From assembly GCA_024711295.1 (NCBI GenBank), contig JANJTB010000039.1, positions 8,319 through 72,318 of the forward strand: a DNA stretch of 64,000 nucleotides, written 5' to 3'. The stretch is from a bacterium (GTDB lineage Bacteria > Bacteroidota > Ignavibacteria > Kapaibacteriales > UBA2268). A program made the position numbers and the translations under genes. A model generated the notes under the pieces. The model saw only the letters and a list, made by a program, of their open reading frames with translations. It was not told the DNA's origin and did not search any database. This document shows, in pieces, positions 57,393 through 64,000 of the stretch (position 1 is its first letter; every line of letters starts with the position of its first letter).

Positions 57393-59600
57393 TTATTTAG
57401 TAACTACAAAAGGTAATTGAACTGATTTTCCGTTAAAGTTTATTACAAGGAAGTATGTGCCATTGGCAAATGTATTCGCATTAAGATCAAATGTGCTAAT
57501 GCCTGCATTAATTTGTGAAGTGTTTACATTTCGAACAACTCTGCCACTTATGTCCATGATATTCATGTCTAAATTACCATTTATTGAAGCATTTAATTCA
57601 ATTTTTGATAATTCATTAACAGGGCTAGGATTAATAGTTACACTTAATCCATCAATTGACGCTACGCCGTCTCTAACTGATGATGGATCGAATCCTGCAC
57701 CTGAAACAGGAACTTCAATCAATCCTTCATTAATAGGATCATTTGTCAAAATTTGAATTCTAACTGCATATTCTTTTGATTTTTCCGGAGTAAATTCAAT
57801 TTTTAAATCATGAGATTCGCCGGGTGCCAAAATTGGAATATTTTTGTCTGAACCATCAGCAAACTTAAATTGAGCAAGGTTTTCACCACCCGAGAATTTG
57901 TCAAATATTATACTCCAAACTCTAAGGTTATTACCACCTACATTAGAAATTTTAAGAGTGTATAATTTTGGTTTATTTATTTCTGCTGTTCCAAAGTCAA
58001 CACTTGTAGCTGATAATTGAATACCTGATTCAAGATTTTTACCTGCAGCACGAGCTTTGAGGTCAACATGACCATTACCCATATTATTCAAGCCATTACT
58101 TGTTACTTCAATTTTACCTGTAAAATTAGCAGCTTCTTCGTCAGAAGAAGTAAATCTAACTTTTACATAATGAGTTTGACCAGGCGGAATTGTTATAGGG
58201 GTTTTGACAATTTCAGGGAAAGTAAATCTTTTACCAGCGTCTTCTGTAAGTTTGAAAGTTTCTACGACTAAGGATACATTCCCTGCGTTTGTGATTCCGA
58301 TATTCTTTTCGGAATACAAGCCAAATGGAACTGTTCCAAAATCTACAGGTAAGGTAGTTAGGCTTAGTTTTGGACCATTAAACACTTGCTCACCACCTTG
58401 GCCTTTAAGACTCATTTCAATGTTACCATTTACACCATTTGATAGAATCGTTACATATTCTTCGTATAACCTTTCTTCTTTTGGTGAGAATTTTAAATTT
58501 AAAATATGAATGTCGCCGGGTCCTAATTCAACTGCTCCATTACCTTCAATAATTTCAAATGAGCCTTCAGGTTCGTCTCCGGCTATTTGAAATCCTGAAA
58601 TTTTGATTTTTTCTCTACCGTTATTTTGCATTACTGCAGTTTGATATCCGCTTTGATTTGGCTCAATTACTCCAAAATCAATTGCTTCATTTTCTAACTG
58701 TAAAAAACCTTCGGGGTGAGGTAAGTCTCTGATAGCCCAACGAATACCTCTTGTTAAGGAGTTTTTGTAATGAATTAAATGTGTACCTGAACAAATATCA
58801 AAATTATGAGCATAGAAAATCACTCTTGCCTTATTGTCTTCTGATCTTACACCTGATACCAATACATCAGTAATGTCCTGGTCAGCAATTTCCTTAACAT
58901 AGTCAAAAGCTTTAGCATTTTTTCCACCACTAACTTCAAACACTGGAGACATACTATACCAACGTATTGGTGCCTGAAGTCCTGAATTATTCTCTTCGAA
59001 ATATCTGTTACACTGTTTTTTGTAGCCTGCAGATACAGGGTCACCTTCAACTCCATCAGTACGGAAGCCATAAATAGTGTTGTTAATTATGTGATTAATC
59101 ACTTTAACATTTTTAATTCCAAGAGTTTGCTCAAGCCACTGCTTGCTTGCAGCATCGCCCCCTTGAGCAAATGCAGCAGGAATTACAGCATGTCCTACAA
59201 TCACAACTGATTTATTTGCTGCAATCATCTGTTTGATTTTGTCTAAAACCTTAATGCCATCAACTGATGAACCAAGGTGGTTCTGAGTACCCATGATAAA
59301 AATTGCAACATCATAGTCGGTGATATCTTTATTCATTAATGTAGCAGCGTTGAAAGGCTTTCTTTCTGCATATTTGCCGAGTATGGGGTCATCTCTTAGG
59401 TGTTCCCAATAGCATAAATCGAATAGGTTAGTAATTGTTGTGCCGTCACCGGTCTTTTGGTCTTCGAAATTATCGAAGATAATGTAGTACTTTTTTTGGC
59501 TTAATGCATTATTCGGAAGCAGTAATGTTATACCAAATATTGCAACAAGAAAAAGTAAAAATTTTGATTTCATTTTATCCTCCAAAAATTTAAAATCCAC
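57393..59600 (-). CDS. Secreted multi-domain T9SS cargo protein with an N-terminal ~300-aa globular domain of unknown function, three choice-of-anchor-D-type Ig-like domains, and a T9SS CTD
   Basis: Signal KFLLFLVAIFGITLLLP. Ig-like units IDFGVIEPNQSGYQTAVMQNNGREKIKIS, VDFGTVPFGLYSEKNIGITNAGNVSLVV, VDFGTAEINKPKLYTLKISNVGGNNLRVW. CTD INPSPVNELSKIELNAS...GTYFLVINFNGKSVQLPFVVTK. Confidence 0.7.
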   Translation of the reverse strand: MDFKFLEDKMKSKFLLFLVAIFGITLLLPNNALSQKKYYIIFDNFEDQKTGDGTTITNLFDLCYWEHLRDDPILGKYAERKPFNAATLMNKDITDYDVAIFIMGTQNHLGSSVDGIKVLDKIKQMIAANKSVVIVGHAVIPAAFAQGGDAASKQWLEQTLGIKNVKVINHIINNTIYGFRTDGVEGDPVSAGYKKQCNRYFEENNSGLQAPIRWYSMSPVFEVSGGKNAKAFDYVKEIADQDITDVLVSGVRSEDNKARVIFYAHNFDICSGTHLIHYKNSLTRGIRWAIRDLPHPEGFLQLENEAIDFGVIEPNQSGYQTAVMQNNGREKIKISGFQIAGDEPEGSFEIIEGNGAVELGPGDIHILNLKFSPKEERLYEEYVTILSNGVNGNIEMSLKGQGGEQVFNGPKLSLTTLPVDFGTVPFGLYSEKNIGITNAGNVSLVVETFKLTEDAGKRFTFPEIVKTPITIPPGQTHYVKVRFTSSDEEAANFTGKIEVTSNGLNNMGNGHVDLKARAAGKNLESGIQLSATSVDFGTAEINKPKLYTLKISNVGGNNLRVWSIIFDKFSGGENLAQFKFADGSDKNIPILAPGESHDLKIEFTPEKSKEYAVRIQILTNDPINEGLIEVPVSGAGFDPSSVRDGVASIDGLSVTINPSPVNELSKIELNASINGNLDMNIMDISGRVVRNVNTSQINAGISTFDLNANTFANGTYFLVINFNGKSVQLPFVVTK

Positions 59601-59664
59601 TTTTTAGCAAAACAGCCGAAATAACCAATATTCCGGCTGTTTTAGATACGAAAAACAACAAAAA

Positions 59665-62010
59665 TTATTTAGCTATTACAACAGGAATTTGTGCCTGTAA
59701 GCCATTAATTTCTGCCATTACAAAATAAGTTCCGTTAGCATAGTTTGTTGAAGAGAAATTCAAACTGTATGAGCCGGTCGATAAGTTTGAATTTACTAAT
59801 TCGCTAACAACTTTACCAGAAATATCCATTACATAAATACGAACATTGCTGTTATCTGCTTTTACTTCGTAGTTAAATACTGAGTTGTCAACAACAGGGT
59901 TAGGAGTCATTGACATTGATAATGAACCATCAATTGTAGTGCCATAAGCAACACTGCCTGCAGGGTTGCCTGTGCCAGTAAGGTTAACAGTAGTAGTAGC
60001 ACCATTAGTTGCATTTGTGTTGATTTCTAATGCACCATTAAAGTTGCCGCCTGCATTTGGAGCAAATTTTACAACTATCTTGCTGTTTTGACCGGGCATA
60101 ATGATTTTAACTGAGCCACCACCGCTAACGATTGTAAAAGCGTTTTTTGCATCAATTTTGTTAATTGATAATACAGTAAGTTCCTCATCGCCGGTGTTGT
60201 TGATTGTCAATTCCATTTCTTTAGATTTATCTGTATCAACAGTACCAAAAGCTAGTGTATTTGTACTTACAGATATTTTAGGACCTTGAGCAACTGCAGA
60301 AGTAGTAACTGTAAGCTCGTCAAACCACAATGCATTTCCTGAGCTACCTGGAGTAGCGCCGACTCTAATCAGAACAGATTTTCCATTATAAGCGCTCATG
60401 TCAACTTCTACTAACTTATAGTCTGTAGATATCGGAACATAGAGGTTCTGAGGATTAGAAGGATTTCCTGTTTGTTGGCAAGTTGTTGAGTTTACATCTT
60501 TCCAAGAAGCACCCCAGTCGTCAGAAATTTGAGTTTTGATTGTTGGAGCAGTTCCACCTTGCTGACCATCTGAATAAGCATAATAGTATGATAATTTTGT
60601 TGAGCTGCTGCTAGTAAAGTCAGCTTCGCCAAACATATACCATGCAGTTTTGTTAGCAATATTCCAGCTTGAATGTAAATAGAATAAAGTTGCACCGGTT
60701 GTATTGTTTGCACCATATCTGTTAGAAGCATTACCTGGAACTACCTGAACAGCAGAATTTTGGGCAATGTCCAAAACAGTATTTGTTAAATTGGTTTCGA
60801 ACCCTGCTTTGTAGCTAGTGAATGCTTTTTCTTTGAATGCAATAAAATTGATTGTTACACCATTGTTTGAAACATCCATATCAGCTGTATTAGGTGATCC
60901 GTTGATGCTTGTGAAACCTTGAATTGCCAATGTGTTCACACCATTTGGAACAAATGAAATATCACCAAAATCAACAACAGTTTTTGCACCTGCAGCAAGT
61001 GATTGAGTCACTGTTTTAGCATTTTCAACACCATTAACAACTGCTTTAACCTGGAATTGTGATATAGCAAAACCTGAGTTGTTAGTAACCTCGATTTTAG
61101 GGTTGATGCTGGTTAATTTATATGTGTTTGGTAAAGTAGTCATATTTGTCATACCTAAGTCAACAAATTTGCTTGGGTCAAATTCAACCTTAGCACCGTG
61201 ACCAGCCCAAATGTTATTTCTTGTTTCAGAGACAAAAGCTACTACTTCAAGATTATGCATTTCTACAGGAATACCGGTAATGTTTGCAGGTAAATCTGTA
61301 ACAAATGTTTTGGTGAAAAGTGTTCCACTTTTAGTTTCAGGAATTTTTTCACCCCAAGCACCACCACCTGTGATTGCCATACGTAACATATGATTGTGTC
61401 TGTACAGTCCATTAACCCAGTTAGTAGGATTAGCGTTAGAGCCATCAATTTGTGGTCCTAAAATATTACTTTGTGTCAAGAAAATTGTGATATAGTTGTC
61501 AACACTAACATCAGCAGTATAAAAAACTTCAACTTCTGTTGTAAGTTTACGTGTATCAAAGTCAACTACAGATTTAACAGCTACGTTAACTGGTGATTGC
61601 TGAGCCATTATCTGAGCTGCTGTTTGAGCCCAGGTTCCGCGACCTTCTGCCCAGGGACTTTTTGCTCTGTTTACGCTACCGGCAGGATAACCTGTTACGC
61701 CAGCAGCTTGGTCAATTGCTGTTCCAACTTGAGTTCTGTAATCAGGTTGGTTAGCACCTGGAGTTGCAAAGCTACCGGAATGGATATTTACTAAAAATAC
61801 TTTGCCCGGGTTTGCTTTTGCTAAATCGTTAGCTCTCTTGTGGCCATCAGGACACCATGTACAATTTATGCCTGTAAACTCTTCCAAAACCACAGTTCTA
61901 TTTTGGGGAGTTGTTTTTACGTATTTTTGTGCTGACAAAAATACAGGAGATACAGCAAATACTAGAAGAGTGGCTACTAATACTCTACTGATTTGGAAAA
62001 AAGAATTCAT
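59665..62010 (-). CDS. Secreted T9SS cargo protein with an N-terminal Omp28-related/thioredoxin-like CxxC region, a central beta-rich region, Ig-like domains and a T9SS CTD
   Basis: Signal peptide. LEEFTGINCTWCPDGHK...KVFLVNIHSG motif (resembles the EEFTG.WC..CP signature recalled for the Omp28-related family). Ig-like LAFGTVDTDKSKEMELTINNTGDEELTV. CTD MTPNPVVDNSVFNYEV...GTYFVMAEINGLQAQIPVVIAK. Confidence 0.6.
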   Translation of the reverse strand: MNSFFQISRVLVATLLVFAVSPVFLSAQKYVKTTPQNRTVVLEEFTGINCTWCPDGHKRANDLAKANPGKVFLVNIHSGSFATPGANQPDYRTQVGTAIDQAAGVTGYPAGSVNRAKSPWAEGRGTWAQTAAQIMAQQSPVNVAVKSVVDFDTRKLTTEVEVFYTADVSVDNYITIFLTQSNILGPQIDGSNANPTNWVNGLYRHNHMLRMAITGGGAWGEKIPETKSGTLFTKTFVTDLPANITGIPVEMHNLEVVAFVSETRNNIWAGHGAKVEFDPSKFVDLGMTNMTTLPNTYKLTSINPKIEVTNNSGFAISQFQVKAVVNGVENAKTVTQSLAAGAKTVVDFGDISFVPNGVNTLAIQGFTSINGSPNTADMDVSNNGVTINFIAFKEKAFTSYKAGFETNLTNTVLDIAQNSAVQVVPGNASNRYGANNTTGATLFYLHSSWNIANKTAWYMFGEADFTSSSSTKLSYYYAYSDGQQGGTAPTIKTQISDDWGASWKDVNSTTCQQTGNPSNPQNLYVPISTDYKLVEVDMSAYNGKSVLIRVGATPGSSGNALWFDELTVTTSAVAQGPKISVSTNTLAFGTVDTDKSKEMELTINNTGDEELTVLSINKIDAKNAFTIVSGGGSVKIIMPGQNSKIVVKFAPNAGGNFNGALEINTNATNGATTTVNLTGTGNPAGSVAYGTTIDGSLSMSMTPNPVVDNSVFNYEVKADNSNVRIYVMDISGKVVSELVNSNLSTGSYSLNFSSTNYANGTYFVMAEINGLQAQIPVVIAK

Positions 62011-62342
62011 AATGACTCCAAATTTTATAAAAATATGAATATATATAGTTTAAAACAATTACAATCATAAAAAAGTTACATTTAGATGCAATTTATTTGA
62101 ATTTAATCCACGTAATTGACAATCAAAATTAACTAATTATTAACATTAACAATTTCAATTTTTAAAATTAGCATTTTTTTTTCTAATAATCAAATTTTTA
62201 TTCAAACAAAATGTGTTTTATTTATTTTTTTTCAATAAAATTAACTTTGTGCTTAACATCTTAGTTAGACTTAGTTTTATATGAATTTTTAGTCTGTCAT
62301 AAATCAATAATTTGTAACCAATTCCGTAAATATTTAATTATC

Positions 62343-64000
62343 ATGTCTAATTATAATAATATGCTACAATTAATGCTAAAAAGAATATTTGCAATATTTT
62401 TATTTTGCTTATTTATAACCAATTTCTCTTTTTCAAAAGAAAATAAAGTTTTGTTTGATGCTTTGGATAAGGAACTAAAAAGGTCAATGAATGAGCTGTC
62501 AAAAGAAGATAAGCCACCTTATTACATATCTCTCAACGTTACAGATGTGTCTAATTTAAGTATTACATCGAGATTTGGAAAGCTAATAAATTCAAACGAT
62601 TCTAAATCAAGAATTTTGGATATTGACCTAAGAGTCGGTAATCATCAATTTGATAATACACACATAATCAGAGGGAATCCATTTAATTTCGGTAGTGGTG
62701 CAGGTGTAGTAAATCTTCCTCTGGAAGATGATGAAAGTGCAATAAGAAATGCTGTGTGGTTTTCAATTGATAAAAAATTCAGGGCTGCAGTTGAGAGATA
62801 CGACAAGGCATTGACTAATCAGGCTGTAAAAGTTGCTGAAGAAGATTCCAGCGCTGATTTTTCTAGGGAATTACCTGTCAAATTTTCTGGTGATATTAAA
62901 AATGTAACTACATCAAAAAGTAAATGGGAAGATTTTACTAAGAGAGTCTCTCTTGAATTCTCAAAACATCCCTTTATTTATACAAGTAGTGTTAGCTTTA
63001 CTGCCGAAAATAGAATAAAATACTTTTTAAATTCTGAAGGAAGCAAATTACAGTGGCAGGAAGTTGGTTACAGAATTTTCGTAAATGCATCAACTAAAGC
63101 TGATGACGGTATGTCGTTACCATTGTATCGCTCTTATTTTTCCTTTACCGAAGAAGGATTACCTAATGAGAAGGACATCATAAAAGACATTCAAAAAATG
63201 GTTGAATTATTGTCAGAATTAAGAAATGCACCTATGGCAGAGACATTCTCAGGTCCTGCGATATTATCAGGTGAAGCATCTGGTGTATTCTTTCACGAAA
63301 TTTTTGGGCACAGGGTAGAGGGCCATAGAGAGAAAGACCCTAACTCGAGTCAAACTTTCAAGAAGTCAATAAATAAGAAAATTCTACCTGAATTTATGAA
63401 TGTTTATTTCGATCCTACCAAAAATAAATTACGTGGTGTAGATCTCTCCGGATATTACAAATACGACGACGAGGGCGTTCTAGGTTCTAGAGTAAATACT
63501 GTAGAGAATGGTATTTTCAGAAACTTTTTGATGTCACGTTCTCCAATCGAAGGTTTCAGCAATTCCAACGGTCATGGTAGAAGGCAGGCAGGTTATTCTG
63601 TGGTATCGAGGCAATCAAACTTAATTGTTGAATCTGACAAAGTTGTCAGTAAGCAAAAGTTAATCCAAATGCTAAAAGAGGAAATTAAAAAGCAAAACAA
63701 AGAATATGGGCTATTTTTTGAGGAAGTGTCAGGTGGCTTCACTTTTACTTCAAGAACTATTCCCAATGCTTTTAACGTTACTCCGCTTGTTGTTTATAAA
63801 GTATATGCTGATGATAGAAAAGAAGAGCTTGTTCGTGGCGTAGATTTAATAGGTACTCCTTTAATGACTTTTGCAAATATTATTGCAGCTGCAGATGATA
63901 TGGGGATTTTTAACGGTATTTGCGGTGCCGAGTCAGGCGGTGTTCCTGTATCGGCTTGTTCACCCAGCATATTAGTCTCGACTATTGAAGTTCAGAAGAA
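62343..64000 (+). CDS. Exported TldD/PmbA-family metallopeptidase (3' end cut by the window edge)
   Basis: Signal/anchor IFAIFLFCLFITNFSFS. HExxxH-type motif HEIFGHRVEGH matching the TldD HEAVGH..EG signature. C-terminal Gly-rich GIFNGICGAESGGVPV region. The ORF is still open at nt 64000. Confidence 0.6.
   Translation, partial: MSNYNNMLQLMLKRIFAIFLFCLFITNFSFSKENKVLFDALDKELKRSMNELSKEDKPPYYISLNVTDVSNLSITSRFGKLINSNDSKSRILDIDLRVGNHQFDNTHIIRGNPFNFGSGAGVVNLPLEDDESAIRNAVWFSIDKKFRAAVERYDKALTNQAVKVAEEDSSADFSRELPVKFSGDIKNVTTSKSKWEDFTKRVSLEFSKHPFIYTSSVSFTAENRIKYFLNSEGSKLQWQEVGYRIFVNASTKADDGMSLPLYRSYFSFTEEGLPNEKDIIKDIQKMVELLSELRNAPMAETFSGPAILSGEASGVFFHEIFGHRVEGHREKDPNSSQTFKKSINKKILPEFMNVYFDPTKNKLRGVDLSGYYKYDDEGVLGSRVNTVENGIFRNFLMSRSPIEGFSNSNGHGRRQAGYSVVSRQSNLIVESDKVVSKQKLIQMLKEEIKKQNKEYGLFFEEVSGGFTFTSRTIPNAFNVTPLVVYKVYADDRKEELVRGVDLIGTPLMTFANIIAAADDMGIFNGICGAESGGVPVSACSPSILVSTIEVQK

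Noticed and set aside
59621-59651. Hairpin aacagccg-N15-cggctgtt downstream of the 59665 minus-strand gene as its terminator
   Set aside because: The U-run lies on the wrong side for the minus-strand gene (only 'tt' follows on that strand) and the loop is long. Too weak to list as a feature.

Overview
The window is 64 kb of low-GC (~35%) chromosomal DNA, apparently from an FCB-superphylum bacterium. The placement is Bacteroidota/Ignavibacteriota-like: a SusC/SusD pair, six proteins ending in type-IX secretion (T9SS) C-terminal sorting domains, and sigma-54 activators. Unlike typical Bacteroidia, many genes carry clear Shine-Dalgarno motifs and secD/secF are separate. About 45 protein genes are supportable. 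No rRNA, tRNA, CRISPR, transposase or integrase was detected. Recognisable housekeeping genes are xth, pyrG, trxB, hppD, secD, secF, purA, rpmE and rpsR, plus an FKBP, an S41 peptidase, an Fe-ADH, crcB and an MltB-like transglycosylase. These are interspersed with an unusually dense set of very large secreted surface proteins. These are a 2765-aa SprB/Ig-like repeat adhesin with near-identical 231-nt tandem repeats, two adjacent BNR-propeller giants of 1292 and 1411 aa, an S8 subtilase fused to a BNR propeller, and a tandem minus-strand pair of T9SS cargo proteins. The most system-like novelty candidate is a translationally coupled three-gene minus-strand module at 51990-54260. It encodes an AerR-like stand-alone cobalamin-binding protein, an aromatic-rich 153-aa unknown protein, and a soluble histidine kinase. 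Other observations worth a second look are a Cys-less L31/S18 pair with a small lysine-rich ORF, a sensor-less sigma-54 activator clustered with LOG-like, J-domain and rhodanese genes, and crcB without a detectable fluoride riboswitch. All calls rest on reading motifs in the supplied translations and DNA; no database search was possible.
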